Shown here piece after piece: positions 7,912-17,383 of a stretch of 64,000 bases of DNA. The position numbers and the translations under genes were made by a program. Source of the stretch: Minisyncoccota bacterium (GTDB lineage Bacteria > Patescibacteriota > Minisyncoccia > Phycocordibacterales > Phycocordibacteraceae). The stretch lies in the NCBI GenBank assembly GCA_041660025.1, contig JBAZXD010000001.1, positions 236,162-300,161 of the forward strand, read 5' to 3'. The stretch's first letter is position 1. Every line of letters starts with the position of its first letter. The notes under the pieces are model-generated. The model ran no database searches and was not told where the DNA came from. It saw only the letters and a list, made by a program, of their open reading frames with translations.

Positions 7912-8399
7912 CAGTCAGAGTCAACGAACGGAAGGAAAGGATCTATTTTGAGAAAACCTTTCGCTTTCTCGCGATAGTACACATTTGTACGGAATTTCTC
8001 GCCTCGGATGAGTTGAGGGAGCCAGTGCGGGTCAGACTCAAGCATGCGTTCGAACGGGATCTTGTCGATATCGTGCCACTCGGGAATCATACTTTCGGTC
8101 TCGCGCGGTTCACCGCTGAAGTCGCTCGTGCGGTAGGTGTGCATTTCCATGTACGGCTCGCCGTTTCTATGGAAGGTAATAATTGCGACTTTCTTGGTCC
8201 TCGTCAGATCAAGGAAAATCCCGAATTCCTCTATAACCTCGCGAAAAAGGCATCCGAGAATCGTCCGGTCTCCGAGTTTCGGTTCAAATTTTCCTCCCGG
8301 ACCGTTCAACGTACCTTCGCCAATTTCAGGACTGCCTTGTTTCAAGCCGAGTAGAATTTGGTTTCCGCGTATGATGATTGCTAAGGTTACTATTTTCAT
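7911..8399 (-). CDS. NUDIX hydrolase (MutT-like)
   Basis: Nudix box GPGGKFEPKLGD...REVIEEFGI; start reassigned to MKIVTLAII with GGGAG SD. Confidence 0.8.
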   Translation of the reverse strand: MKIVTLAIIIRGNQILLGLKQGSPEIGEGTLNGPGGKFEPKLGDRTILGCLFREVIEEFGIFLDLTRTKKVAIITFHRNGEPYMEMHTYRTSDFSGEPRETESMIPEWHDIDKIPFERMLESDPHWLPQLIRGEKFRTNVYYREKAKGFLKIDPFLPFVDSD

Positions 8400-8450
8400 A
8401 CATTTCTCCCTAGGTTGTGCGTCTGGTCGATATGGTATCATCGAGCGCAT

Positions 8451-9140
8451 ATGGAAACCAATGACACCAATAGCAAATTTTTACCAGTCGCAGTCGTCGT
8501 CGCCGGGCTCCTCATCGCGGGTGCGGTGATGTGGAACGGCTCGCGACCGGCGGGACCGACCGGTCCCGGAGCCGCACCGGCGGTCAATATTAAAGACATC
8601 AAGACGGACGGTGACCCGTTCATAGGCTCGGCGGATGCTCCCTTGACCATCGCCTTCTGGAGCGATTTCCAGTGCCCGTTCTGCAAGAACTTCGAGCTCG
8701 GTACGCTCCCGCAGATCATCGAGAATTATGTGGACACCGGTAAGGTGAAGCTCGTGATGATGGACTTCACCTTCCTCGGCAATGATTCCGTCGATGCTGC
8801 CGTCTACAGCCGCTCGGTCTGGAAGCTCTATCCGGATCAGTACTTCGCCTGGCGCACCGCGATGTACGTCGCACAGGATGAAGAAGGGGACCAGGGCTTC
8901 GGTGATGCGGCATCCATCGACAAACTCAATGCGACCATCGCCGGCATCGACGCCGCGAAGGTCGTGGCCGACGTGAAGGCGAATGAGAGTGCCTACAAGG
9001 CGGCGGCAGACGCCGACCGTGCCGAAGCGCAGAAGGCCGGCGTTAACGCGACCCCCTCGTTCGTTATCGGCACGCAGGTCATCCAGGGTGCATACCCGTA
9101 CGCGAACTTCCAGGCGGCAATCGACGCGGCGCTGAAGTAG
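8451..9140 (+). CDS. DsbA-family thiol:disulfide oxidoreductase, membrane-anchored
   Basis: Thioredoxin CPFC motif in FWSDFQCPFC; N-terminal TM anchor; TGGTATCAT box at 8433-8441 lies 7 nt before the TSS. Confidence 0.8.
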   Translation: METNDTNSKFLPVAVVVAGLLIAGAVMWNGSRPAGPTGPGAAPAVNIKDIKTDGDPFIGSADAPLTIAFWSDFQCPFCKNFELGTLPQIIENYVDTGKVKLVMMDFTFLGNDSVDAAVYSRSVWKLYPDQYFAWRTAMYVAQDEEGDQGFGDAASIDKLNATIAGIDAAKVVADVKANESAYKAAADADRAEAQKAGVNATPSFVIGTQVIQGAYPYANFQAAIDAALK

Positions 9141-9854
9141 ATGAACGTCCTGCTTATCGCACTGGCCGCCTCGGTCGCCACCTTTATCGGCGGGTCCTTC
9201 GCGCTTCGGTTCCGCGACAAGCTCCATCTCATCCTCGGCTTCTCGGCCGGTGCGGTCGCAGGCGTTGCGCTCTTCGACCTCCTGCCCGAGGCCATCGAGC
9301 TCGGCACGCAGTACCACAGCGCTTCGACCGTCGCGCTCTTCGTCGCGCTCGGGCTCTTCGGCTACCTCATCCTCGACCGGCTCATCCTCTTGCATACGCA
9401 TGAAGAGGACGATGAGACGAACGCGCCGCGAGGATTCTTCGGCGCGCTCACGCTCGCGGCGCACAGCTTCCTCGACGGTATGGCAATCGGCATCGGCTTT
9501 CAGGCATCCGCCGCCGTCGGTATCGTTGTGACGGCGGCGGTGCTTACCCACGACTTCTCCGACGGCATCAACACCGTAAACCTTGTGCTGAAGAACGGGG
9601 GGAGTTGGAAGCAGGCTTTTCGATGGTTGCTCATTGATGCGGCGGCGCCGCTAGCCGGCGCCGCCTCTACGCTCTTCTTCAGTATTCCCGAGTCGGCCAT
9701 CGGACTCGTGCTCGCCGTCTTCGTCGGCACCTTCCTCTATCTCTCGGCGAGCGACCTTATTCCCGAGAGCCACCATCGCCACCCGCGCGCGCTCACGACC
9801 ATTATGACGCTCCTTGGTGCACTCACGCTCTATGCGGTCGTGCATCTGGTATGA
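9141..9854 (+). CDS. zupT: ZIP-family metal (zinc) transporter
   Basis: HSFLDGMAIG, HTHEED, multiple TM helices. Confidence 0.8.
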   Translation: MNVLLIALAASVATFIGGSFALRFRDKLHLILGFSAGAVAGVALFDLLPEAIELGTQYHSASTVALFVALGLFGYLILDRLILLHTHEEDDETNAPRGFFGALTLAAHSFLDGMAIGIGFQASAAVGIVVTAAVLTHDFSDGINTVNLVLKNGGSWKQAFRWLLIDAAAPLAGAASTLFFSIPESAIGLVLAVFVGTFLYLSASDLIPESHHRHPRALTTIMTLLGALTLYAVVHLV

Positions 9855-9861
9855 TTTCTAT

Positions 9862-10197
9862 ATGAAAATATTTTTCCACTGGCTCATTTCGACTATCGCA
9901 ATCCTTATTGCGGCATATATCGTTCCGGGCGTCGCGGCGACTCCTGTCGGCGCGCTCATCGCCGCAGTCGTTCTTGGCGCGATCAACCTCTTCATCCGCC
10001 CGATCATCGTCATCCTCACGCTCCCGATAACCGTCCTCACGCTCGGTCTCTTCTCGCTTGTCATCAACGCGGCTCTGGTGCTTCTCGCCGCATATCTCGT
10101 GCCGGGATTCTTGGTCGCGGGCTTCTGGGCCGCATTCTTCTTCGCGCTCGTGCTCGCCGTCGTCAACTGGGTCTTCAATTCGTGGGGTCGTAATTAG
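9862..10197 (+). CDS. small 4-TM membrane protein, phage holin family 4 (DUF360)-like
   Basis: MKIFFHWLISTIAILIAAYIVPG...; TGGTATGAT box at 9847-9855 lies 7 nt before the ATG. Confidence 0.5.
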   Translation: MKIFFHWLISTIAILIAAYIVPGVAATPVGALIAAVVLGAINLFIRPIIVILTLPITVLTLGLFSLVINAALVLLAAYLVPGFLVAGFWAAFFFALVLAVVNWVFNSWGRN

Positions 10198-10811
10198 ACC
10201 GCGCGCTTGCCGCGCAGGACATTGATGAGGATGGGGAGGAAGGAGACGACGATGATGACAAGCGAGAGCGGGAGGATATAGCGTTCGCTATTTGGGATGA
10301 CTGAACCGAGGAAGTAGCCGAGCGAGAGCATACCCGCACCCCAGAGGAGTCCGCCGAGGATATTGTATTTGAGAAATGTCGGGTAGGTCATCGAGCCGAT
10401 GCCGGCGAGGATGGGTGCGATAGTGCGCACGATAGGCACGAAGCGCGCGAGTACGACCGCGCGCCCGCCATAGGTCTGGTAGAACCGTTCGGTGCGCTTC
10501 AGGTACTCCTGTTTGAAGAAGAACGAATCCTTGCGTTTGAAGAAGTTCACGCCGACGTTCGCGCCGAACCAATAGCCCACCGAGTCGCCGACTATCGCGG
10601 CGATAATGACGATGAATACCAAGGGACCGAAGGTGAGGAATCCGCCGGCGGAGAGAAGCCCCGCCGCGAAGAGGAGCGAGTCGCCAGGGAGGAATATGCC
10701 GAAGAGAAGACCGCTCTCGGCGAAAATGATAAATGCGATGCCGAGGTAGCCGCCGGCCTTAATGATGGCAATCGGGTCGAGCTGTATACATGCGGTGATG
10801 AAGTCGAGCAT
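10194..10811 (-). CDS. DedA/SNARE-associated (VTT domain) membrane protein
   Basis: LPGDSLLFAAG...VARFVPIVRTIAPILAG typical DedA; start at MLDFIT. Confidence 0.8.
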   Translation of the reverse strand: MLDFITACIQLDPIAIIKAGGYLGIAFIIFAESGLLFGIFLPGDSLLFAAGLLSAGGFLTFGPLVFIVIIAAIVGDSVGYWFGANVGVNFFKRKDSFFFKQEYLKRTERFYQTYGGRAVVLARFVPIVRTIAPILAGIGSMTYPTFLKYNILGGLLWGAGMLSLGYFLGSVIPNSERYILPLSLVIIVVSFLPILINVLRGKRAV

Positions 10812-10819
10812 TCGAGTGC

Positions 10820-10825
10820 AGTATA
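10820..10825 (-). promoter_or_regulatory. -10 box within GGGGTATACT motif (minus strand); DedA ATG 8 nt downstream
   Basis: RC reads TGGGGTATACTGCACTCGA-ATG. Confidence 0.4.
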
Positions 10826-10885
10826 CCCCATGAGATAACGTCTGCCCCGTGCATAACGTGAACAATTTTTAATATCTCAACGGGG

Positions 10886-10891
10886 TATACT
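10886..10891 (+). promoter_or_regulatory. -10 box within GGGGTATACTAG motif; ATG at 10899 is 7 nt downstream (leaderless)
   Basis: CGGGGTATACTAGAGAGA-ATG; same 12-mer occurs at 35583. Confidence 0.45.
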
Positions 10892-10898
10892 AGAGAGA

Positions 10899-13670
10899 AT
10901 GGAATCGGCACCGAAGTTGTCCACGCCCGAAGAGGAGCTCGCGTACCTACGCGAGCAAGTCGCGCATAAGGAAGCCGAGCTTGCGGGAAGCGGCGCTCCA
11001 GAGCGGGCAACGATTATTTCAGAAACGATCCGTGAGCATCATGCGGCGCCCGCGGAGGTGCTCGCCCCCGAATATCGCATCAGTGAGGCGACGGCGAGTA
11101 GCGAGGCGGACGCGATACTCGCCGAGCTCGAGCTCGAGCTCGGCGAGGGCGCGAGCGCTATCAACAGCCTGCGCCGGACGATGGAGGAGAAGGGGATCAA
11201 GAACGCGCTCGCAGTCCTAGAGAAGCTCCGCGACCCGCACGTCGCGGACGACTTTCATCGGTATCTGGTGCGCTATGTCGCGGCGGGACTCCCGACTCCC
11301 GGACTCTCCGAGAAGACGCCGCGCTTCCAGGCGCTCCATATGACGCTCTATGAGATAGCGCTCCCGGGACCGAAGAGTACGGAACCGAACGCGCGCCAGA
11401 AGACGCTCAAGGAACTTATCTCCGCAATGGAGCAATTCTACTCTGGACTCCTCTCGGTCGGGGACGCGACGAGCGGCGAGCCGCAGTATTATGCGCTCGA
11501 GCTCGCCGTGCCCTCTGATAGTCCCGAGCTCCAGTTCTACGCGGCGGTGCCAAACGGCAAACGCAATCTCTTCGAGAAACAGCTCCTCGCGATCTTCCCC
11601 GACGCGCACCTGGTGCCACAGCCGTATGACTACAACATCTTCGCGCGCGGCGGGACATCGCTCGTCTCGACGGTGAGCTTCACCCAGAACCCGGCCCTGC
11701 CGCTGAAAGACTACACCGACTTTGATTACGACCCCATCAACGCGATTACGAACGCTTTTGCCAAGATAGAACATACGGGCGAGGGCGCGGCACTCCAGAT
11801 CATCATCGAACCGCGGGCGGAGCGGCACGTGAAGCATTACCGCAAGATCCTCCAGGCACTGCGCAAGGGAGAGAAGCATACGTCGGCGTTCAACACGCCT
11901 GAGACTATGCTCGGCGGATTCGCGCGCGATGTCGGTCGGACCTTCTTCACCAATAAGCCGAAGGACGTCGAGAAGGCGAAGGAGGCCGAGACCCGCCAGA
12001 TCGAGGCGAACAAGGCACACATCGAGCAGGTCGAGAAGAAGATCGCGGCACCGATCGTCGGCGCCACCATCCGACTTGTCGCTTCCTCCGGCAACGAACA
12101 TACCGTAGATCAAGTACTCGGCGATCTCGAGGCGGCGTTCAACCAGTTCGCGAACACACAGGGGAACCAGCTGAAATTCACCCGCGTACCGCCGCAGTCG
12201 GGTCGCGCCCGACGCGTACTCGACGACTTCTCCTTCCGCCTGCCTGATTCTTCCGCGCTCCCACTCTCGCTCCGCGAACTCACAACCATCTACCACTTCC
12301 CGCCGTCGGGCATCGAGAGCTCGCCGCATCTGAGGCAGGCGCGCTTTACCCATGCGCCCGCGTCTATGGAGCTTTCGCAGTCGGGCGCCCTGCTCGGCGT
12401 GAACTCGTATCGAGGTACCCGGACCGAGGTCCGCCTCGACCCCGAAGACCGCCTACGCCACCTCTACATCATCGGCCAGACCGGCACCGGTAAGACCGGG
12501 CTGATGAAGTCGATGATTATGCAGGATATTACCAATGGCGAGGGATGTTGCTTCATCGACCCGCACGGCTCCGACATTCTCGACATCCTCGCCGCTGTGC
12601 CGCCCGAGCGCTACAAGGACGTCATCTACTTCGACCCTGCCGACCTCTCGCGCCCCTTCGGCCTCAACTTCCTCGAGTACGACCTCTCGCGCCCGGAGCA
12701 GAAGACCTTTATCGTGAATGAGCTCCTGATGATATTCCGACGGCTCTACGGCGACGTGCCGGAGAGTATGGGTCCGGCCTTCGAACAGTATTTCCGCAAT
12801 GCGACCCTGCTTGTGATGGAGGACCCGAGTAGCGGCTCGACGATGCTCGATATCGCGCGCGTGCTCAGCAATAGCGAGTTCCGCCGCGAGAAGCTCGCGA
12901 AAAGCATGAACCCGGTCATCAACCAATTCTGGAACGAGATCGCGACAAAGGCCGGCGGCGAGGCTTCGCTCGAGAACATCGTTCCTTACATTACCAACAA
13001 GTTCGACGACTTCACCGCCAACGATTTCATCCGCCCGATCATCGGCCAGCAGGAATCCTCATTCAAGTTCCGCGACGTGATGGATACGAAAAAGATACTG
13101 CTCGTGAATCTCTCGAAGGGCCGCTTGGGGGAGAAGAACGCGAACTTGCTCGGGCTCATCATTGTCGGCAAGCTCTTTATGGCGGCGCTCTCGCGCGCCG
13201 ACAACCCGCGCGCGCCGTATCCGCCGTTCTATCTGTATATCGACGAATTTCAGAACGTTACTACCGACTCCATCCCCGGCATTCTTTCCGAAGCACGCAA
13301 GTACAAGCTCGCGCTCACGGTTGCGCACCAGTTCTTGAGCCAGATAGAAGAGAAGACGCGCGATGCGGTCTTCGGCAACGTGGGCAATATGGCGGCCTTC
13401 CGCGTCGGGGAGGAAGACGCCGAATTCTTCGCTAAGCAGTTCGCACCGGTCTTCGAGTCGCTCGACTTCGTCAATATCGAGAACCGGAACGCGTATGTGA
13501 AGATACTCGCGCACGGCATTCCGCAAAAGCCCTTTGATATGAAGACGGTTGATCTGCCGATGCTGAATTTGGCGCAGATAGACGACCTTATCCGCCTCTC
13601 CTCGCTCACCTACGGCCGCGACCGTGCTACAGTTGAACATATGATTCGCGAGCGTTATCTCTCGCAGTAA
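10899..13670 (+). CDS. VirD4/TraG/TraD-family P-loop ATPase (type IV secretion coupling protein-like), no TM segments
   Basis: Walker A GQTGTGKTG, CFIDPHGSD (VirD4 DPKGE-like), Walker B YLYIDEFQN, LTVAHQFLSQIEE...FGN; 923 aa. Confidence 0.65.
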   Translation: MESAPKLSTPEEELAYLREQVAHKEAELAGSGAPERATIISETIREHHAAPAEVLAPEYRISEATASSEADAILAELELELGEGASAINSLRRTMEEKGIKNALAVLEKLRDPHVADDFHRYLVRYVAAGLPTPGLSEKTPRFQALHMTLYEIALPGPKSTEPNARQKTLKELISAMEQFYSGLLSVGDATSGEPQYYALELAVPSDSPELQFYAAVPNGKRNLFEKQLLAIFPDAHLVPQPYDYNIFARGGTSLVSTVSFTQNPALPLKDYTDFDYDPINAITNAFAKIEHTGEGAALQIIIEPRAERHVKHYRKILQALRKGEKHTSAFNTPETMLGGFARDVGRTFFTNKPKDVEKAKEAETRQIEANKAHIEQVEKKIAAPIVGATIRLVASSGNEHTVDQVLGDLEAAFNQFANTQGNQLKFTRVPPQSGRARRVLDDFSFRLPDSSALPLSLRELTTIYHFPPSGIESSPHLRQARFTHAPASMELSQSGALLGVNSYRGTRTEVRLDPEDRLRHLYIIGQTGTGKTGLMKSMIMQDITNGEGCCFIDPHGSDILDILAAVPPERYKDVIYFDPADLSRPFGLNFLEYDLSRPEQKTFIVNELLMIFRRLYGDVPESMGPAFEQYFRNATLLVMEDPSSGSTMLDIARVLSNSEFRREKLAKSMNPVINQFWNEIATKAGGEASLENIVPYITNKFDDFTANDFIRPIIGQQESSFKFRDVMDTKKILLVNLSKGRLGEKNANLLGLIIVGKLFMAALSRADNPRAPYPPFYLYIDEFQNVTTDSIPGILSEARKYKLALTVAHQFLSQIEEKTRDAVFGNVGNMAAFRVGEEDAEFFAKQFAPVFESLDFVNIENRNAYVKILAHGIPQKPFDMKTVDLPMLNLAQIDDLIRLSSLTYGRDRATVEHMIRERYLSQ

Positions 13671-13675
13671 ACCGT

Positions 13676-15664
13676 ATGGCAAAAAGAATCGATTTTCCGC
13701 CGCCACCACTTCCACGAGGAGAGAATGACGAGCTCTTATCTTCTCCGGATTCACCCGAGAAAAATCGACGGGCCTTTGCCAAGATTGAACAAGGTTCCGA
13801 TGAACCTGCTGTTCAAGTGGAGACGAAGCCGGGACTCGCGTGGACGGAGCCGGAACCGAGCGCGCCGGCAGGACGTGAAAGAAAAAAGCCGGAGGCTCCT
13901 GTTGATGCCGAACATCTCGTTCAAGTGGAGACTAAGGAGCCAGCGACTGTTGATGCCAAACCTCTCGTCCAAGTGGAGACTAAGGCGGCAAAAGCGACTG
14001 ATGAACCAGCAGGATTTGATAGCAGAATAGAACCGACGTTTGGAGCCGAACTAGGAGAACCAGGAGAGCCAATACAAGCAACGGAAATGACCCCGGGCGA
14101 ATCCCTTACGTTGCTGAGCAAGCTTATCGAAGGATACAAGAAGACATTGGAGGTTACGAAAAATGTAACGGAAGGAGTTTTAGAACGCTTCACGAAATCA
14201 AAGGAGTATCTGAACAATCGGGCAAAAGAGATTGACGCCCAGGCCGAAACGAGCGGTCTGGAGAAGGCATTCCGCGTCATCGGCGAAAAATACAATAAAT
14301 TAAATTTGGTACACAAACTCGGCATCGGCGTTGCGCTCGGAGTCGGAACGGCGGTCGGCTCGGCGGTTTCGCTCCCGCTCGCGCTCGCTGGTTTGTCGGG
14401 TTTGATATTGCAGCGCGCGGCGGGTACGGCGGGCATGTTCGTGAGCATTGAAAAGAAGCTTCAAGAAAAGAAGGTTGACGAGTCGTTCCAATTCATGGCG
14501 ACGAAAGAACGCGCTGCACTCGATGCAATGCTGTATACCTTCGCAATGAGCACTGCCATCAATCAGGGGCTGGAATTCGTTCGCGAACATCATCTCGTGG
14601 AGCAAACACGCGAGTGGTGGCTCGGCGATAAGCTCGGGCACAGCACGGCCCCGACAGGGGGTTCCGGGCTACACCAGCCCGCGGCCGTCTCGAACGCGGG
14701 CGAGGCGATCGCGCAAGCCACGACTCCCGAAGTACCGGCGGTCGTGGTTCATGCATCGAGCGGGCACGGCTACGAGTATATGGTGAAGCGAATGTGGGAA
14801 GATTTGCAAGAGAGACAGCTCGACCCGAGCAAGTATGCGGAAGGAAGCGACATTCGCCGATTGCTTGAAGCCGATGCAAGCTCGATCGACAAGGTCGTGC
14901 ATCAAATCGCCGCCGACCCCTCTCACGGATTTTTCAATCCTGACGGCACGAGCGCGGTCATACGCCCCACCGACGCCCTCACCGTCGGCGCGAACGGCCA
15001 GGTGCTCCTTATGACTCCGGACGATGTCATTGCGCATGCGCCCGTCGGAGGGCCGACGACGCCGGCATATCATCCATCTGCAGTTGAACAGGCGCCATAC
15101 CCGGACGGGATTGTACCGCCTGATACTTCACCCGCCGCGCTTGAGGATCAAGAAGCGGGAACTCCCCTCGAAACTCCCGAGACCGAGTCGCCTGAAGCCC
15201 CGCCGCCGCTTCAGGAAGTGAATGTCGTTTCGCCAGAGCCGATAAAAACAGTGGACCTCACACACGAGCAAGATGTCGCAGATTCTGAAAATGCTGTCGT
15301 CCATTCGGAAGCCGTTTCAGAAGCACCTACCTTCATGACGAAAATCGATGGCATTCTCATTGATCCGCGGACCCCGGCGATTTATCAGGCTCAGCTGCCG
15401 ACGGGAGAAACGTATCTAGCCTCTTATGGCGGAAGCTATGAAGAGCGACTCAAATTCATCCAGGAATATTTGATGCGTCCCGAGAACCAAGGACAGACAA
15501 TTCGTATCGCTCACGAAGTGCCCTCGATCCTCGGTCCTCAAATCAAAGTGGATGAGATCGGCGCCAGTACGAACGCGGGGCAAACGTCGTGGATCCTTGA
15601 TTTCTTCAAAAAACCGGTATCCCCGCCGACGCCGGAGACTTTCCTGAAAAAATTATCCAAGTAA
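13676..15664 (+). CDS. acidic/Pro-rich repeat protein with a central TM segment
   Basis: Three LVQVETK repeats (nt ~13800-14010); hydrophobic stretch GIGVALGVGTAVGSAVSLPLALAGLSGLIL; 662 aa. Confidence 0.55.
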   Translation: MAKRIDFPPPPLPRGENDELLSSPDSPEKNRRAFAKIEQGSDEPAVQVETKPGLAWTEPEPSAPAGRERKKPEAPVDAEHLVQVETKEPATVDAKPLVQVETKAAKATDEPAGFDSRIEPTFGAELGEPGEPIQATEMTPGESLTLLSKLIEGYKKTLEVTKNVTEGVLERFTKSKEYLNNRAKEIDAQAETSGLEKAFRVIGEKYNKLNLVHKLGIGVALGVGTAVGSAVSLPLALAGLSGLILQRAAGTAGMFVSIEKKLQEKKVDESFQFMATKERAALDAMLYTFAMSTAINQGLEFVREHHLVEQTREWWLGDKLGHSTAPTGGSGLHQPAAVSNAGEAIAQATTPEVPAVVVHASSGHGYEYMVKRMWEDLQERQLDPSKYAEGSDIRRLLEADASSIDKVVHQIAADPSHGFFNPDGTSAVIRPTDALTVGANGQVLLMTPDDVIAHAPVGGPTTPAYHPSAVEQAPYPDGIVPPDTSPAALEDQEAGTPLETPETESPEAPPPLQEVNVVSPEPIKTVDLTHEQDVADSENAVVHSEAVSEAPTFMTKIDGILIDPRTPAIYQAQLPTGETYLASYGGSYEERLKFIQEYLMRPENQGQTIRIAHEVPSILGPQIKVDEIGASTNAGQTSWILDFFKKPVSPPTPETFLKKLSK

Positions 15665-15668
15665 TGAT

Positions 15669-15977
15669 ATGATTCCACCTATGCAAGACGAACTGACCGC
15701 GCTCATTGCCGCCGATCTCGGCATCAAGGACCTCCCCGTTGAAGAACAGAAGGCGCTCATCGCGCAGTTCGGCGAAGTGGCGCTCAAGGCCGCGACACTC
15801 GCTGTGGTAGAGAAGCTTGCGGCGAGCAGTCGCGACGAATTCGCAAAGCTCGCGGAGGCGGGCGATGCAGCCGCTCTCAAGACGTTCTTGGACCGCGAAG
15901 TTCCCGGGCATGAGGAGGCGGCGAAAGCCGCAGTTGCCGAGGAGGTGAAGCGGTTCAAGGCCTTTCAAGCCGTGTAG
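15669..15977 (+). CDS. hypothetical alpha-helical protein
   Basis: 102 aa; Ala/Glu/Lys rich. Confidence 0.5.
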   Translation: MIPPMQDELTALIAADLGIKDLPVEEQKALIAQFGEVALKAATLAVVEKLAASSRDEFAKLAEAGDAAALKTFLDREVPGHEEAAKAAVAEEVKRFKAFQAV

Positions 15978-16006
15978 TATACTTAAGCCCTATAAATACT
16001 TAATCT

Positions 16007-16528
16007 ATGAAACCAACACAGACCGGTATCGCCGTCGCACTTGCACTCACCGTCGTTGTTCTGTTCTTCATTCTCCCAGGCATCTGGCCGTGGAGTTCAG
16101 CCGCTCCGGCAGAACAAGTGCCAGTTGAATTTACTACCAATACTCAAGCTACATCCCTCACTACTATGCCTACTGTAACAACGCCGATAACACAGCTTAT
16201 GATGAATGACGAGGTCGTGGGCACGGGTGCCGCCGCAGAGGCAGGCGACAGCGTCACGGTGAATTATGTCGGTGCGCTCACGGACGGCACCGTCTTCGAT
16301 GCTTCGGAAAATCACAGCGCGACCGGCTTCACCTTCACACTCGGGGTGGGACAAGTCATAAAAGGGTGGGATCAGGGCATCCTCGGTATGAAAGAAGGAG
16401 GGAAGCGCCAGCTTCTCATCCCCGCAGAGCTCGCGTACGGCAATCAGTCGCCGGCGCCGAGCATTCCGGCGAACTCCGCGCTTGTTTTCGAAGTGGAGCT
16501 CTTGAAGGTAGAGAAAGGGACTCGTTAA
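16007..16528 (+). CDS. FKBP-type peptidyl-prolyl cis-trans isomerase, membrane-anchored
   Basis: VTVNYVGALTDGTVFDAS...GVGQVIKGWDQGILGMKEGGKRQLLIPAELAYG. Confidence 0.9.
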   Translation: MKPTQTGIAVALALTVVVLFFILPGIWPWSSAAPAEQVPVEFTTNTQATSLTTMPTVTTPITQLMMNDEVVGTGAAAEAGDSVTVNYVGALTDGTVFDASENHSATGFTFTLGVGQVIKGWDQGILGMKEGGKRQLLIPAELAYGNQSPAPSIPANSALVFEVELLKVEKGTR

Positions 16529-16546
16529 TTAGTATAAAAATAAGAT

Positions 16547-16572
16547 GGGCGCGAACCGCGAGGTTCGCGCCC
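16547..16572. terminator. bidirectional terminator hairpin
   Basis: GGGCGCGAACC-GCGAG-GTTCGCGCCC then ATTTCC. Confidence 0.6.
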
Positions 16573-16603
16573 ATTTCCGTACCTCCTTATACGGATGTTG
16601 TTT

Positions 16604-17269
16604 TTACCTGGGCAGAGGGGGAAGGTACCCTCTCTGCATTCTGGAGTACGTCGGTTCCGGCGCGTCAGAGACTTCCGGGAGCAGCGCACCACCGACATAG
16701 AGCGGAGCGATCCAGATGCGTTTGAGCTTGCCTTCAAGCTCATCCGCCTTATAGACCATCCCGGTCATACAGTAGCCCTGGAGCACAGCGACCGCCGTTT
16801 CCCAGGTTATCTTGCCGCTCCCGAGCCCGCCGCCGAAGGCCGTGAGGCCGATAGCAATAAGGTAGTCCACCGGTTGTATCAAGCTGCCAAAGCCCAGCCG
16901 GTAGCCGAGTGCCCCGAGAGAACCCTGGAATCCGCCGTAGGTCGAGCCCTGCTTGAGCATCTCGTTGAATTCGCCCTCCATTTCACCGGCCTTCTTGGCA
17001 CAGTACCAGTCGAACTGGCTGATGGCGGTGTATTCCTCGGGAGTCAATTTCGGGTCCGGATTGAAGTTCGCACCAGAACCCGGGTAGATGAGCACCTTGT
17101 ACCGGCTGGTGAACTGCTTGGCCGGCACCTCGGCCGCTGTCGTCGTAATCTTCGGTGGAGTAGCTTCTGCCGCTCCTCCGCGCATCGTACTCGGCGTGTA
17201 TGCAACACACGCGCTGAGTGACATGATACTCGCCAAAATGGCGATCAAACGTAGTGTTCTCATGGTCAA
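16604..17269 (-). CDS. hypothetical lipoprotein
   Basis: Signal peptide with lipobox LSAC; 221 aa. Confidence 0.6.
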   Translation of the reverse strand: MTMRTLRLIAILASIMSLSACVAYTPSTMRGGAAEATPPKITTTAAEVPAKQFTSRYKVLIYPGSGANFNPDPKLTPEEYTAISQFDWYCAKKAGEMEGEFNEMLKQGSTYGGFQGSLGALGYRLGFGSLIQPVDYLIAIGLTAFGGGLGSGKITWETAVAVLQGYCMTGMVYKADELEGKLKRIWIAPLYVGGALLPEVSDAPEPTYSRMQRGYLPPLPR

Positions 17270-17383
17270 AGACCTCCATTCTGGGGTCGGTTCGGTATGA
17301 ACCGGCTAAAACCCATCTGAATACAAGAATACTCAATTATTATAGTTTGTCAATACCGTGTCGATACGATACTGTAGTAAGTA

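Noticed and set aside
13800-14010. Tandem repeats, considered as a possible CRISPR array.
   Set aside because: The repeats are in-frame coding (LVQVETK), have no spacers of regular length and no cas genes. No CRISPR array was seen anywhere in the window.
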